Shown one piece after another: positions 49,566 to 60,359 of a stretch of 64,000 nucleotides of DNA; within the stretch, counting starts at the first letter, position 1, and every line of letters starts with the position of its first letter. The position numbers and the translations under genes were made by a program. Origin of the DNA: Myxococcota bacterium (GTDB lineage Bacteria; Myxococcota_A; UBA9160; UBA4427); assembly GCA_965250285.1 (NCBI GenBank), contig OZ252299.1, forward strand, positions 1,801,222 through 1,865,221. The letters are read 5' to 3'. The notes beneath the pieces are model-generated. The model worked only from the letters and a program-made list of their open reading frames with translations. It had not been told where the DNA came from and searched no databases.

Positions 49566-50603
49566 ATGTCCGCGCCCGAAGCCGATCCGCACCAGCACCA
49601 TCTCACCGAGGGGCTCGATCGCCCCCTCACCCCGGTCTTCATGGCCCGGGGCGTGCTGGGGGGCATTCTCATGGGGCTGGCCAACCTGGTGCCCGGCATC
49701 AGCGGCGGGACGATGCTGCTCGCTGCGGGGGTCTATCCCGACTTCGTCGATTCGATCGCGCGGCTGTCGCGACTCGACCTGAAGATGCGCCCGATCGCGG
49801 TGCTCGGGGTGATCGCCGGCAGCGCAGCCCTCGCGATCCTCTTGCTCGCCGGCCTGATGAAGAGCCTCGTCGTCGAAGAACGCTGGATCATGTACAGCCT
49901 CTTCATCGGCCTGACCCTCGGCGGTGTGCCCCTCGTCTGGCGCATCGCCAAGCCCGCAACGACCGCCACCTGGGTCGGCGCGGGCGCCGCATTCGCGCTG
50001 ATGGTGGCGATGGCATTCGGCAGCGAGAGCAGCGGACGCGAGGCCAACCCGCTGCTGCTCATGCTGTCGGGGCTCGCCGGCGCCAGCGCGATGATTCTGC
50101 CGGGTGTGAGCGGCGGCTACCTGCTGCTGCTGCTCGGGCAGTACGAGCCGATTCTCGGTGCCATCGACGACTTGAAGGAGGGCCTGGTCGGCGACGGAGG
50201 GCCGCATCTCGAGCAGATCATCGAGGCCGGTTGGGTCGTGGTGCCCGTCGGGATCGGCGTCGTGGTGGGCGTGATCGGCGTCAGCAACCTGCTGCGCTGG
50301 CTGATGGACCGCTACGAGGCCGCCACCCTCGGCGCGCTGCTCGGGCTCCTGCTCGGTGCGGTGGTGGGTCTGTACCCCTTTCAGCAGCCGGTCGAGCCCG
50401 AGCTCGGCTTCATGCACCGGGGGCGCGTGCTCGAGGCCCATGAGCTCGCCGAGATCGAGATGGACGACTGGCCCCTCGAGCGATTCTCACCGAGCGGCGG
50501 TCAGCTCGCCGCATCACTGGGGCTCGTGCTCGCGGGGCTCGGCGCCACGCTCGCGATCGCCCGGCTCGGCCAGACGGACGACGAGACGTCGGGCGACGCC
50601 TGA
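49566..50603 (+). CDS. DUF368-family polytopic membrane protein (family linked in recent literature to undecaprenyl-phosphate recycling)
   Basis: GILMGLANLVPGISGGTMLLAAGVYP and the second-half repeat GASAMILPGVSGGYLLLLLGQYE are the duplicated DUF368 signature. Confidence 0.8.
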   Translation: MSAPEADPHQHHLTEGLDRPLTPVFMARGVLGGILMGLANLVPGISGGTMLLAAGVYPDFVDSIARLSRLDLKMRPIAVLGVIAGSAALAILLLAGLMKSLVVEERWIMYSLFIGLTLGGVPLVWRIAKPATTATWVGAGAAFALMVAMAFGSESSGREANPLLLMLSGLAGASAMILPGVSGGYLLLLLGQYEPILGAIDDLKEGLVGDGGPHLEQIIEAGWVVVPVGIGVVVGVIGVSNLLRWLMDRYEAATLGALLGLLLGAVVGLYPFQQPVEPELGFMHRGRVLEAHELAEIEMDDWPLERFSPSGGQLAASLGLVLAGLGATLAIARLGQTDDETSGDA

Positions 50604-50623
50604 CGCGCTCTCGGCAGCGTCGA

Positions 50624-50641
50624 CCGCACCGACGGGTGCGG
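50624..50641 (+). terminator. 7-bp perfect hairpin CCGCACC-GACG-GGTGCGG just after the DUF368 stop
   Basis: It lies 21 nt downstream of the stop at 50603, in a convergent intergenic region. No U-tract. Confidence 0.3.
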
Positions 50642-50819
50642 AAGCGCGATTCCCACATCGGGCACCCCGCCGACCTCATCGCCCTGCTCGGCGGTGTGCA
50701 TCGCACGTGCAGCGACGCGTGTACGGCTCGGATCCACAAGTGAGAAGACCGGGCCTGCGACATGTGCGCACGCATCTTGCATTGCCCTTGGGTATGCCGC
50801 GTACCTACGTCCAGGGCCT

Positions 50820-51833
50820 CTACTTCCTGTTGGGCCTCTTGCTCGCCTTCTTCTTCCTGGCGCCCTTCCTCGCGACCCGAGGCTGATTGGTCCGGCCGTC
50901 GGCCCGACGGCTCGCGGCCTTCTTTCGAGATGCGCCCTGCTTCGGCTTCGTGCCCCTGGCGGCGACCCGAGGCGGCGCCACGATCTCGGGCTCCTCGCCG
51001 CTGCGCAGGCGATCGACGTACGCCTTGAGCGCGGCGACCTCTCCGGCGCGCAGCGGCCTCGCCTCGCCGCGGCGCAGTCGACCGAGCGTGATCGGGCCGA
51101 CCCGCGTCCGGGCCAGGCTCTTCACGGGTCGGCCGATCGCGAGCATCATGCGCCGGATCTGCCGATTCTTTCCCTCGGTCAGCACGAGCTTGAAGTGGGT
51201 CACGCCGCGGTCGGCGTCGTAGCGTGCCGACTCGACGCGTGCGGGCTTCGTGCGCCCCTCCTCGAGCTGAATGCCGCGCTCGAGCCGACCGATGTCGTTC
51301 GGCTTGAGCTCGCCCTTCAACACGACCCGGTACTCCTTCTCGCCGCCGGTCGATGGGTGAAGCAGCGTCTGCGCCATGGCGCCATCGTTGGTCATCAAGA
51401 CCAGCCCGGTCGTCTCGACATCGAGGCGACCGACGGGGAACACGCCCGCGGCCCGCGGCGGCAACATGTCGGCGACGGTCGGTCGGCCTTCGGGGTCGTT
51501 CATCGTGGTGACGACGCCCACCGGCTTGTGGAGGATCCAGTAGCTCGGTCGCTGAAGCGCGAGCCGCTCGCCGTCGACGGCGATCACGTCGGTCGCGGGG
51601 TCGGCCGAGTCGCCGAGCTGCGCCGTCTGGCCGTTGACGGTCACGCGCCCGTCGCGCAGATACTGCTCGGTGGCCCGGCGCGACCCGAGCCCGGCGGCGG
51701 CCAGGAGCTTTTGCAGGCGGGCGCGACCGCTCACGAGCTCGGGCCCGGCCGGCTTCGACACGCGGGAGCGACGTGCGCTCTTCGCGCCCTTCTTCGGGCG
51801 GCGCACGTGCCGCGGTGTGCGGGCTGCAGGCAT
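50820..51833 (-). CDS. rluB: 23S rRNA pseudouridine synthase, RsuA/RluB family, with basic N- and C-terminal tails
   Basis: S4 domain RLQKLLAAAGLGSRRATEQYLRDGRVTVNG. Catalytic GRLDVETTGLVLMTNDG and KEYRVVL. Lys/Arg-rich C-terminal tail. Position after scpA-scpB is the usual synteny. Confidence 0.9.
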   Translation of the reverse strand: MPAARTPRHVRRPKKGAKSARRSRVSKPAGPELVSGRARLQKLLAAAGLGSRRATEQYLRDGRVTVNGQTAQLGDSADPATDVIAVDGERLALQRPSYWILHKPVGVVTTMNDPEGRPTVADMLPPRAAGVFPVGRLDVETTGLVLMTNDGAMAQTLLHPSTGGEKEYRVVLKGELKPNDIGRLERGIQLEEGRTKPARVESARYDADRGVTHFKLVLTEGKNRQIRRMMLAIGRPVKSLARTRVGPITLGRLRRGEARPLRAGEVAALKAYVDRLRSGEEPEIVAPPRVAARGTKPKQGASRKKAASRRADGRTNQPRVARKGARKKKASKRPNRK

Positions 51834-51886
51834 CGGTCTGCACCTCGGGCAGGTTCGGAGTCGGGCCTTGGGGCGCGACGTGCGGA

Positions 51887-52693
51887 TCAGTCGGTGCGTG
51901 TCTCGTCGTCGTTCGCGTCGCCCGCAGTCTCGGCCGCGGCCTCCCCGTCGACGTCGGAGGCCGGGTCGGCCGCGCTCGCATCGAGATCGACGACCTGCTC
52001 GGCCGGCGGCTCGGGGGCGGGCGCGAGTGCGTCGGCGTCGACCTCGCGCACGCCGAGATCCTTCGCGACGGCCTCGGCGCTCAGCGCCTCGCCCTCGGCG
52101 AGCTCGGTGATCGGCGCGTCGGCGTCGCTGGCGCCTTCGCCGACGTCTTCCCGGCCGACTCCGTGCTCCTTGGCCAGCTCGTCGAGCTCGCGCAGCGCCG
52201 GCAGATCCTTCAACGACTTGAGGCCGAAGACCTCGAGGAAGCGCTTGCTCGTGCCGTAGAGCATCGGTCGCCCCGGCACCTCGCGGTGCCCCACGATGCG
52301 CACGAGGCGGCGCTCGAGCAGGCTCTTCACGACCGGACCCGTATCGACCCCGCGCACCGCGTCGACCTCGGCGCGGGTCATCGGCTGCTTGTAGGCGATG
52401 ATCGCGAGGCTCTCGAGCGCAGCGCGCGAGAGTCGCAGGGCGCGCGTCTTGCGCAGCTTCTGCAGGTAGCCCGAGAACTCGGCGAGCGTGCGAATCTGGT
52501 AGCCGCCCGCGACCTCCCAGATCTCGAACGAGCGATCCTGCTCCTGGTACTCGGTGTTCAGCTCGTTCACGAGATCCTTCGCCTGCGCCGTCGTGCAGTA
52601 CGGGATCAGGTCGGCCAGCTTCGCGGCCGAAATCGGATCGGGCGAGGCGAGAATCAGGGCTTCGATGATGCGGCGCTTCTCTTTGGCGTCCAT
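51887..52693 (-). CDS. scpB: SMC-ScpAB complex subunit ScpB
   Basis: IIEALILASPDPISAAKLADLIP...GYQIRTLAEFSGYLQKL..LSRAALESLAIIAYKQPMTRAEVDAVRGV are ScpB winged-helix repeats. Acidic C-terminal tail. Confidence 0.9.
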   Translation of the reverse strand: MDAKEKRRIIEALILASPDPISAAKLADLIPYCTTAQAKDLVNELNTEYQEQDRSFEIWEVAGGYQIRTLAEFSGYLQKLRKTRALRLSRAALESLAIIAYKQPMTRAEVDAVRGVDTGPVVKSLLERRLVRIVGHREVPGRPMLYGTSKRFLEVFGLKSLKDLPALRELDELAKEHGVGREDVGEGASDADAPITELAEGEALSAEAVAKDLGVREVDADALAPAPEPPAEQVVDLDASAADPASDVDGEAAAETAGDANDDETRTD

Positions 52694-52781
52694 GTCGGCC
52701 GGTCCTTCGTGGGGTTTCGGTGCGGGGCTTCGACGCGCTCGCGACCGGCTCGATCGAGCCGGTCGCCGAACCCTGCGCGCG

Positions 52782-53645
52782 TCACATGGTCTCGGTGATG
52801 CGTTCGTGCCAGCTGAGTGCCGTGTCGTCCTGCGGAACCGCCTTCAGGCGAATCGGCCCAGCCGGTGCACCGGTCTCGTTCGCGCCCTGATAGACGTGCA
52901 GCGCGTGGAGGCGTGCCAGCTCGAGCAGCGCGAGAAACGTGGCGACGAGCAAAGGCCGCGATGCACTGCGTCCATGATCGGGCCCGAAGAGGTCGAGGAA
53001 CTCGATGCTCTCGACCTGCTCCAGCTGATCCATCACTTCGATCATGCGCTCGCGAACCGTGACGACCTCGGTCTCGACCTCGTGGGTCAAGACGTCGTCG
53101 CTGCGATCGAGCACCTGCTTGAAGGCTTCGATCAGGTCGAAGAGACCGACCTCGATCTGACGCTCCGAGTCGGGCACCGCCTCGGGCGCAGGCCCCTGGG
53201 CCTCGAACACGTCGCGCCCGAGCAGACGCTTCTGGCCGAGGCTGTCGGCGACCTCCTTGAAGCGCTGATACTCGAGCAGTCGAAGCACAAGCTCGGTGCG
53301 CGGGTCGAGCGTCTCGCCGTCGTCCTCTTCGGCTTCGTCGGGGGGCAGCAGCATGCGCGACTTGATCAGCGCGAGCGTCGCCGCCATGACCAGGTACTCG
53401 GCCGCGACGTCGAGATTGAGCTCTTGCATGAGCTCGATGTAACCGAGGTACTGCTCCGCGATCAGCGCGATCGGGATGTCGGTGACATCCACCTCGTTCT
53501 GACGGATCAGATGCAGCAGAAGATCGAGGGGGCCCTCGAAGACCTCGAGCTTGACGGCGTAATCGGCGCCTGCGCCCGCGTGTCCGAGGGCAGCCCCGAT
53601 CGCCGCCCCGAGCGGGGCGTCGTCATGGGTGTCGGAAAGGCTCAT
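52782..53645 (-). CDS. scpA: segregation and condensation protein A
   Basis: VKLEVFEGPLDLLLHLIRQNEVDVTDIPIALIAEQYLGYI is the canonical ScpA N-terminus. Confidence 0.9.
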   Translation of the reverse strand: MSLSDTHDDAPLGAAIGAALGHAGAGADYAVKLEVFEGPLDLLLHLIRQNEVDVTDIPIALIAEQYLGYIELMQELNLDVAAEYLVMAATLALIKSRMLLPPDEAEEDDGETLDPRTELVLRLLEYQRFKEVADSLGQKRLLGRDVFEAQGPAPEAVPDSERQIEVGLFDLIEAFKQVLDRSDDVLTHEVETEVVTVRERMIEVMDQLEQVESIEFLDLFGPDHGRSASRPLLVATFLALLELARLHALHVYQGANETGAPAGPIRLKAVPQDDTALSWHERITETM

Positions 53646-53778
53646 GGCTCCGGCCGGCCTGGGGGGTGAGGGTCAAGGGGATGGGCACGACGTGGCCTTG
53701 CTCGAGCCACTGGAGTATGGGCAATCTCCCGCGCAGCGGCAACGAGATGCGCGTCACAGAGCGCGGCGGCAGACGCGA

Positions 53779-55332
53779 TCAGCCGTCCGACCCGGGCTTC
53801 TTTCCACGGCGCGCCTCGGGGCTCGCGCGGCGCGTCGACGCAGCGGAGGCCTTCGCTTGCCGGCCCGTCGACGGCTTCTTCTTCGCCGTTCGCTTCCCGG
53901 CCGCCGGCTTCTTGGCCACCCGCCTGCCAGCGGCGCGCTGCCGCGGCTGGCCCGCCCCGGCGACACGCGACCGGGCCGATCCCCGCTGCGAGAGTTCTTG
54001 CGCCAGCGCGAGCGCCTCCTCGCGGTTCGCGACGTCGCCGTCGAGAAAAGCGGCGCGCACGCGGGCGAGCACGCGGCCGACGTCGGGGCCGGCCAGACCG
54101 AGCGCCGTGACGTCGGCACCCGTCACGGGCGAGCGACGCGGACGATCCTCGGCGGCCCAGCGCACGATCCGCTTGCGCTCGGCGGGCTCACTCCAGGCCC
54201 ACAGTGCTTCGAGCACGCCCTCTTCGAGCGGCGCGAGCAGCTCATCGACCCCCCCGCGCCCGCGCAGCATGCGAAGCTTCGGCAGCAGTCGATCACGCTG
54301 TTTGCGAAAGCCACCGATCCGGCGTGCGACGTCGCCGCGGATCGACATGCGGCCGAGCGTGCGTTGTCCGAGGCCCGACGGCAGCGATGCGAGCCAGATC
54401 GCCATCCCGGCCTGCCACGGGGGCGTCGCGCCGGTCTTCCAGAGCGGCGCCTCGACGAAGCGGCCGAACCGGCGCAGCGGCGCGATGGCCTCCTTCGGCA
54501 GCTTCAGGCCGGGTTCGAGCGCGGGCAGCACGTGCCATTGGTCGAGCAGCCTCAGCGCCGCCGCCGGATTCAGACCGAGGCGCGCATCGGAGAAGCAGCG
54601 CTGAATCTCGCGGCGCAGGCGCTCCCCTGACACGCCCCCGAACGCTCCGTCGCGCAGAGCCCCGCGCAGGGCCGAGCGCGTCCCGCGCGCGAGTGAGAAG
54701 CCGAGCCGGGCGCCGAGGCGCGCGGCTCGGAGCGCGCGCGTCGGATCGTCGTGGAAGCTCCGTTCGTGCAGCACGCGCAGACGTGCCGACTCGAGATCGA
54801 CGAGGCCGTCCAGCGGATCGTGGACCCGTGCCTCCCCGCCCCCCTTCGCCGCCAGGGGAATCGTCATGGCGTTGACCGAGAAGTCGCGACGCAGGAGATC
54901 CTCGTCGATCGTCGCCCACGCGACCTCGGGCAGCGCGCCCGGCCGCCGGTAGGTCTCGGTGCGAGCCGAGGCGAGGTCGACGTGGGCGCCTTCTTCTTCG
55001 ATTCGCACCGTGCCGAATCGGCCATGGGTCACGACGCGGCCCCCCGATGAGGCGAGCTGCTCGGCCAGTCCGCCCGCCGGCGACGCGTCGGCGTCGAACG
55101 TCGCGAACCCGTTCGGGTCGCGCGGCGCGATCAAGAGGTCGACGTCGCGAATCTCTCGGTCCAGCAGCAGGTCGCGCACCGGGCCGCCCACGAGATGCGC
55201 CTCGAGCCCCGCTTCGGCCGCGGCGGCGACCGCACGACGCACCATGCGCTGGGTGTCGACGGGCAGCGCGGCGAGCAGCTCGGAGGTGCGCCAGCTCGTC
55301 GATGCGGGCCGGCGTGCCGCGCTCACCGGCAT
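53779..55332 (-). CDS. CCA tRNA nucleotidyltransferase / poly(A) polymerase family protein with Lys/Arg-rich C-terminal tail
   Basis: Class-II nucleotidyltransferase head [31 protein letters not shown]. The ~60-aa basic tail ([21 protein letters not shown]) is unusual for CCA enzymes. I cannot separate CCA-adding from poly(A) polymerase activity by eye. Confidence 0.75.
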   Translation of the reverse strand: MPVSAARRPASTSWRTSELLAALPVDTQRMVRRAVAAAAEAGLEAHLVGGPVRDLLLDREIRDVDLLIAPRDPNGFATFDADASPAGGLAEQLASSGGRVVTHGRFGTVRIEEEGAHVDLASARTETYRRPGALPEVAWATIDEDLLRRDFSVNAMTIPLAAKGGGEARVHDPLDGLVDLESARLRVLHERSFHDDPTRALRAARLGARLGFSLARGTRSALRGALRDGAFGGVSGERLRREIQRCFSDARLGLNPAAALRLLDQWHVLPALEPGLKLPKEAIAPLRRFGRFVEAPLWKTGATPPWQAGMAIWLASLPSGLGQRTLGRMSIRGDVARRIGGFRKQRDRLLPKLRMLRGRGGVDELLAPLEEGVLEALWAWSEPAERKRIVRWAAEDRPRRSPVTGADVTALGLAGPDVGRVLARVRAAFLDGDVANREEALALAQELSQRGSARSRVAGAGQPRQRAAGRRVAKKPAAGKRTAKKKPSTGRQAKASAASTRRASPEARRGKKPGSDG

Positions 55333-55357
55333 CTGCCTGCGAGGTCGAAACGACGGC

Positions 55358-56299
55358 TCACCGTCGACCCCCTGGGCCGGCCCCGCGCGGATGACGGGCC
55401 TCGACCGTTTCGCGCAAGCGCCCTCGGCTCACGTGGGTGTAGACCTCGGTCGTCGCGAGGTCGGCGTGTCCGAGCATGGCCTGGATCGCGCGCAGGTCGG
55501 CGCCTCCCTCGAGCAGATCCGTCGCGAAGGCATGCCTCAAGACGTGCGGTGAGACCTTCTCGGCGGGTAAGTCAGCCTGCAGCGCTCGTTTGCGAATGAG
55601 CGCGAAGAAGTTCTGCCGGGTCATCGCGCCGCCCCGCCGCGTGACGAAGACCGATGGTGAGCGCCCGCGGCTGCGCTCGAGGAGCCGCGGACGCCCGTCG
55701 GCCAAGTACGCCTCGAGGGCATCGAGCGCCGCTTCTCCGATCGGCACCCAGCGCTCCTTGCGCCCCTTGCCCTCGACCCGCAGCAGGCCGCCGCGCCGAT
55801 CGACGGCAGCCAGCGGCAAGGCCACCAGCTCACTGACGCGCAGGCCCGCGCCATAGAGCATCTCGAGCATCGACCGGTCGCGAAGACCCAGCGGCGTCCC
55901 GTCGTCACAGACGCCGATCAGGCGATCGGTCTCGTCGGGCAGCAGGACCTTGGGCAGCGTGCGAGCCGACTTGCCCGCGGTCACGCCTTCGAGGGGGTCG
56001 GTATCGAGCCAGCCCTCGGTCTGCGCATACGTAAACATGCGGCGCACGGCGGAGAGCATCCGCTGGCGCGTCCGCGGCGCGAGGCCGGCGTCGTCGAGGT
56101 CGTGCAAGAAGCCGACGACGTGGGTCCGCGTCACGTCGGCCACCCGGTCGACCCCCCGCGACGCGAGCGACGCATCGAGTCGCGCGAGGTCCGATGCGTA
56201 CGCCGCCACCGTCGCCGGCGACAACCCTCGCTCGACCTTCACGTGCACCAGAAAGGCGTCGCGCAAGGCTTCGATGCTGCGCGCGCCTGCGCCGCTCAC
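55358..56299 (-). CDS. xerD: site-specific tyrosine recombinase XerD-type
   Basis: [42 protein letters not shown] (the R-H-R-Y catalytic region) and an N-terminal SAM-like core-binding domain. GTG 56299 overlaps the glnD stop (GTGA). The XerC versus XerD assignment is tentative. Confidence 0.8.
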   Translation of the reverse strand: MSGAGARSIEALRDAFLVHVKVERGLSPATVAAYASDLARLDASLASRGVDRVADVTRTHVVGFLHDLDDAGLAPRTRQRMLSAVRRMFTYAQTEGWLDTDPLEGVTAGKSARTLPKVLLPDETDRLIGVCDDGTPLGLRDRSMLEMLYGAGLRVSELVALPLAAVDRRGGLLRVEGKGRKERWVPIGEAALDALEAYLADGRPRLLERSRGRSPSVFVTRRGGAMTRQNFFALIRKRALQADLPAEKVSPHVLRHAFATDLLEGGADLRAIQAMLGHADLATTEVYTHVSRGRLRETVEARHPRGAGPGGRR

Positions 56300-59091
56300 G
56301 CGCCTTCCTCGTCGCTCTTCCCCTTGGCCGCCACGAGCAGGGCGTCGCGCAGCGAGGCGAGCATCTCGGGGTCGGTCGGCTTTCGTCCTTCGCCGTCCTT
56401 CAGGTAGAACGTGTCGGTGACCTGATCCTTGATCGTCGCAGCCTTCGAGATGTAGATCTCGAGGCCGAACTCGCCGATGCACTTCGTCACGTCGTGCAGC
56501 AGGCCGAGCCGGTCGTCGGCAATCACGTCGACCACCGTATAGAAGTCACTCTCTTCGGTCGTGATCGCGACACGCGGTGCCTTGCGCGTCGGCAAGGTGG
56601 CCTGGTACGAGCCGGGCAGGCGCCGGGCCCGCAGGTCTTCGACGCGAACGTCCCCTCGCACGACCCCTTCGAGCGACTCTCGAAGCTGTTCGAACGCGAG
56701 CTCCCGCTCGGCGTCACCACCCAGTGGCGTCGAGATGCGGTAGATCTCGAGCGCGAGCCCCTCGCGCGTCGTGTAGACGTGCGAGCCGAGGATGTTCAAC
56801 CCATGGGCCGCGAGCGTGCCGGCCACCATCGAGTAGAGCCCGTGCACATCTCGGGTGCAGAGGATGAACTCGGTGAAGTCGGCACGCATTGGCCGAAACG
56901 CCGTCGTCACCGCCTTCTCTGGACCGTAGTCGAGCGCCACCTTCGCGTGGCGCGCGATCTGACGCGGCGTGTGGTTGACGAAGTAGCGCCGATGCAGCCC
57001 GGCGAAGAAGGCTTCGGTTGCGCCGGGGTCGATGCCTTGCTCGGTCAGCTCCTGCTGGGCCCCATCACGGCGCTTCTCGACCCGCGCCTCGATCAGATCC
57101 ATCGCCTGATCGGCATCCGCGCCCGTCTCGAGCATCTCGGCCGCGCGCTCGTAGAGCTCGGCCAGGAGCTGGCCCTTCCAGTCGGTCCACGCGTCTCGGC
57201 TGCTCGCGCGAATGTCCGCAAAAGTGGAAAGGTAGAGATTGCGCAGGTTCGTCCGATCGCCGCAGAGCTGCGAGAACTCGTACAGCAGCTTCGGGTCGGA
57301 CAGGTCTCGGCTCTGCGCGAGATGCGACATCAGCAGGTGATGTTCGACGACGAAGATGACGCGCTTCGACCGCTCCTCGTCGAGGCCGAGGCGCTCGACG
57401 AGCGGAATCGCTCGCACGACACCCTTCCTCGAGTGATCGCCGCCAAAACCCTTGCCGATGTCGTGCAACAGGCAGCCCAGAAAGAGCGCCGGGCGATCGT
57501 CGACCGACTGCATCAGCTGCGTCAACTCGGGCATGCCCCGCTCATACTTGCCCCGCCACAGGCGTCGCAGCTCTTCGACGAGGAAGATCGAGTGCACGTC
57601 GACCGTGTACGTGTGGTAGATGACGTGCTGCCAGCGGCACACGATGTGCTGCCACTCGGGCAGGAACGTGCCGAGGAAGCCGACCTCGTTCATCGCCATC
57701 AGGCTGCGTGTCACGCGCTTCTCGCCGTTCAGGATGCGCTCGAACCCGGCCACCCAGGATGGATCGCTCCGCTCGACGTCGGTCACGAGGTCGAGGTTCT
57801 CCCGCACGAATCGCCGAGCCATGCGCGAAAGCGGTACGTCGTGCTTCTGAGCCACCTCGAAGGCGAGCAGCAGACGAATCGGGCGCTCTCGCAGATGGGC
57901 CGAGTGCGGGATCTCGAGGTGGTCGTTCGCGAGCCGGAACCCGTCTTCGACGTCGACCGCGACGCGATCGGCCGGGTCGGCCCCCGACACCCGCGCCTGA
58001 CACTGATCGATGATCAGCTCGCTGAAGTTCTGGATCACGCGCGCATGCATGTAGTACTCGCGCATGAACCGCTCGACCGGCAGGTCGGGATCATCGGCTT
58101 CGAGTCGCATCTCGAGCAGGCCGGTCTCGGCCGGCTGCGGAGGCTCGGGACGGTGGTTCATCGCGTAGGCCTCGGTCGAGCCGTACCCGAGTCCGTCGGC
58201 GACGAGTTCCTGAAGCTCGAAGCTCATCTGGTCAGTCGCGCGCTTCGTGCGCAGATGCAGCTCGTTGCGCACCCGCCAGAGAAAGTCGAGCGCCGCGCGG
58301 TAAGTCTGCATCTCGCCGTCGGTCAACAGTCCGAAGTGCAGCAGATCGTCGAGATCGCGCAGCGAGGGCTGGGCGGCGCGCGCCACCCAGTACGCCGTGT
58401 GGTAGTCGCGCAGCGTACCCGCGCCCTCCTTGACGTTGGGCTGGAGCAGGAAGAGAGATTCGCCAAAGTCTTCGTGGCGTGCCTGCTTCGTCTCGACGAC
58501 CTCGGCGATGAACGCGGGCACGTCGGGCACCAGCTCACTGCGCATCCGGTCGGCAAAGACGTGAAAGAACTCGCCATCGCCGCACAGGAAGCGGGCCGTG
58601 AGGATGCCCGTTCGCACGGTGACATCCTCGCGGCCGAGCGAGACGGTGTCGTCGAGCGTGCGGGTCGCGCAGCCGACGGAGAGCCCCGAATCCCAGAGCC
58701 AGTACTGAAGCCGCTCCGCGATGCCGGCGACGTAGGGGCTGAGCTCGTCGCGGTAGAGGATCAACAGATCGACGTCGCTGTGGATCGACATCTCGCGGCG
58801 GGCATAGCCGCCGACCGCGAGGACCGACAGCCCCCGCTCGACCTGCCCCCCGTCGCGCAGGTGATGCTCCTCGGCCAGAATGAAGAGGCGGCGCACGAGG
58901 CGATCCATGAAATCGGAGTTCGCCTCGTTGACGGCCCGCCCCGACGCCGATTCGGCGTGCACCTCGGCCAGTCGGGCACGGGCGTGCTCGAGATACGCCC
59001 GCACCGCCATCGGCACCTTGCGGCTGATCGGCCCGTCTTCGGCCAGCGCCTTATCGAGCTCGGCGTCGATGTTCGGCTGCGTCGTGCTCAT
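56296..59091 (-). CDS. glnD: [protein-PII] uridylyltransferase/uridylyl-removing enzyme
   Basis: 931 aa. Nucleotidyltransferase domain (GGYARREMSIHSDVDLLIL), HD domain (LLHDIGKG), and two C-terminal ACT-like repeats. Confidence 0.9.
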   Translation of the reverse strand: MSTTQPNIDAELDKALAEDGPISRKVPMAVRAYLEHARARLAEVHAESASGRAVNEANSDFMDRLVRRLFILAEEHHLRDGGQVERGLSVLAVGGYARREMSIHSDVDLLILYRDELSPYVAGIAERLQYWLWDSGLSVGCATRTLDDTVSLGREDVTVRTGILTARFLCGDGEFFHVFADRMRSELVPDVPAFIAEVVETKQARHEDFGESLFLLQPNVKEGAGTLRDYHTAYWVARAAQPSLRDLDDLLHFGLLTDGEMQTYRAALDFLWRVRNELHLRTKRATDQMSFELQELVADGLGYGSTEAYAMNHRPEPPQPAETGLLEMRLEADDPDLPVERFMREYYMHARVIQNFSELIIDQCQARVSGADPADRVAVDVEDGFRLANDHLEIPHSAHLRERPIRLLLAFEVAQKHDVPLSRMARRFVRENLDLVTDVERSDPSWVAGFERILNGEKRVTRSLMAMNEVGFLGTFLPEWQHIVCRWQHVIYHTYTVDVHSIFLVEELRRLWRGKYERGMPELTQLMQSVDDRPALFLGCLLHDIGKGFGGDHSRKGVVRAIPLVERLGLDEERSKRVIFVVEHHLLMSHLAQSRDLSDPKLLYEFSQLCGDRTNLRNLYLSTFADIRASSRDAWTDWKGQLLAELYERAAEMLETGADADQAMDLIEARVEKRRDGAQQELTEQGIDPGATEAFFAGLHRRYFVNHTPRQIARHAKVALDYGPEKAVTTAFRPMRADFTEFILCTRDVHGLYSMVAGTLAAHGLNILGSHVYTTREGLALEIYRISTPLGGDAERELAFEQLRESLEGVVRGDVRVEDLRARRLPGSYQATLPTRKAPRVAITTEESDFYTVVDVIADDRLGLLHDVTKCIGEFGLEIYISKAATIKDQVTDTFYLKDGEGRKPTDPEMLASLRDALLVAAKGKSDEEGA

Positions 59092-60359
59092 CTTGCCCCC
59101 ACGGCCGGCAGTCGATCACCGTCGGACGAGGCTCGAAGCGTATCGGTTTTCGAGACCGAGTTGCGGTAGTGGCCGAGTCCGGCCGCGATCTGGGCAGCGA
59201 ACGTGTCGAGATAGCGCTCACTTCGCAAGAGCGACGCGTCGCGCTTGTTCGTCAGGAACCCCGTCTCGACCAGGATCGAGGGCATGCTCGACATGAACAG
59301 CACGTAGAACGGGCCACGCTTCACGCCGAGATCGGGGCTGCCCCGGTAGACCGAATCCAGCCCCGTGATCACGTCGTGATGAACGATCTCGGCCAGCTTC
59401 TTCGAGTGGACGGAGGCCTCCGAAACCCGCAGCTTCGCGAGCGTCCGCTGCAGCCCGTCGACGTGGCGCGGCTGGATGCCGTTCTCACGCGCGGCCACCT
59501 CGATCGAGTGGCGCTCGTGATTCTCGTCGAGATAGTAGATCTCGATGCCCCGCGTCGAGCGCCGGCGCGACGCGTTGGCATGGATCGATACGAAGACATC
59601 CCCGCCAGCCGATTCGGCGATGGCCGTCCGCTCTTCGAGGTCGACGAACCGATCGTCGTCCCGCGTCATGAACACCCGAAAGCTGCGCGCCTCGAGCCGA
59701 CGTTTGAGCAGCTTCGCGAGCTTCAGGTTGACGACCTTCTCGAACATCCCGCCATGGCCCACGGCACCAGGATCCTTCCCGCCGTGCCCCGGGTCGATCA
59801 CGACCGTGCGCACCCGCCGAGCCGTCACGGGCAGGCGGCCGCTCTTGCTCTTGGAAGTCGACACCGAACGCGTCGGCGCGCCGACATTCGCGCCCCTCTC
59901 GCCGAACACGTCGATCACCAGACGATGGGGTGCCTCGAGGGTGAAGAGCCGGTGGCGACCGTAGCTCTGGAGGTCGATCACGAGTCGCGAGTTGTGCAGG
60001 GTGTACTGGCCGAGGCGAACGTCCTGCAGCAGACCGTCTTCGATCGGGATGCCCTCGAGGTAGTCGCGTCCGACCCACACGCCGGCGATGTCGATGTAGA
60101 GCCGATCCGGCCGATTCGCCTTGCGGTTCGCCGCGAGTCGCGTGAGATCCTCCGACACCAGATCGACCGGCGCCGTCAGCTCGACGACGACCCGCGTGTA
60201 GTCGGGATACGACCATGTACGCACCTCGCGCACGTCGGCGAGGCCCTTCGGCCGCTCGGCGGCGATCGCCACGAGCGCCACGAAGGCGAGCACAGCGATC
60301 CAACCGAGCCGCCGCGCGTCCTTCCGGTTCGCAGTCTTGCGAGCGGAACGACCCGTCAC
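59088..60359 (-). CDS. N-acetylmuramoyl-L-alanine amidase (AMIN domain + Amidase_3)
   Basis: AMIN-like VREVRTWSYPDYTRVVVEL. Amidase_3 core VVIDPGHGGKDPGAVG...VFVSIHANA...GFLTN. Confidence 0.9.
   Translation of the reverse strand: MTGRSARKTANRKDARRLGWIAVLAFVALVAIAAERPKGLADVREVRTWSYPDYTRVVVELTAPVDLVSEDLTRLAANRKANRPDRLYIDIAGVWVGRDYLEGIPIEDGLLQDVRLGQYTLHNSRLVIDLQSYGRHRLFTLEAPHRLVIDVFGERGANVGAPTRSVSTSKSKSGRLPVTARRVRTVVIDPGHGGKDPGAVGHGGMFEKVVNLKLAKLLKRRLEARSFRVFMTRDDDRFVDLEERTAIAESAGGDVFVSIHANASRRRSTRGIEIYYLDENHERHSIEVAARENGIQPRHVDGLQRTLAKLRVSEASVHSKKLAEIVHHDVITGLDSVYRGSPDLGVKRGPFYVLFMSSMPSILVETGFLTNKRDASLLRSERYLDTFAAQIAAGLGHYRNSVSKTDTLRASSDGDRLPAVGAR

Noticed and set aside
53779-55332. Calling the nucleotidyltransferase specifically as cca or pcnB
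   Set aside because: The head-domain motifs are shared by both enzyme types. The Lys/Arg-rich C-terminal tail is atypical for either. I cannot discriminate them without alignment to the discriminating motifs, so the gene symbol is left empty.
55358-56299. Tyrosine recombinase as a marker of an integrated mobile element
   Set aside because: Its sequence is XerD/XerC-like and it is embedded by a 4-nt overlap in a housekeeping operon. There is no adjacent tRNA, direct repeats, or phage/plasmid genes. I treat it as the chromosomal dimer-resolution recombinase.
56194-59169. 991-aa plus-strand ORF antisense to glnD. Similar long shadow ORFs include 45629-47932 (minus), 44014-45669 (plus), 4980-6266 (minus), 10149-11558 (minus), 13349-14716 (minus) and 35448-37463 (as one ORF)
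   Set aside because: Each overlaps a gene with strong motif support in another frame or on the other strand. Each translates to low-complexity R/A/G/D/E-rich sequence with no recognisable domains.
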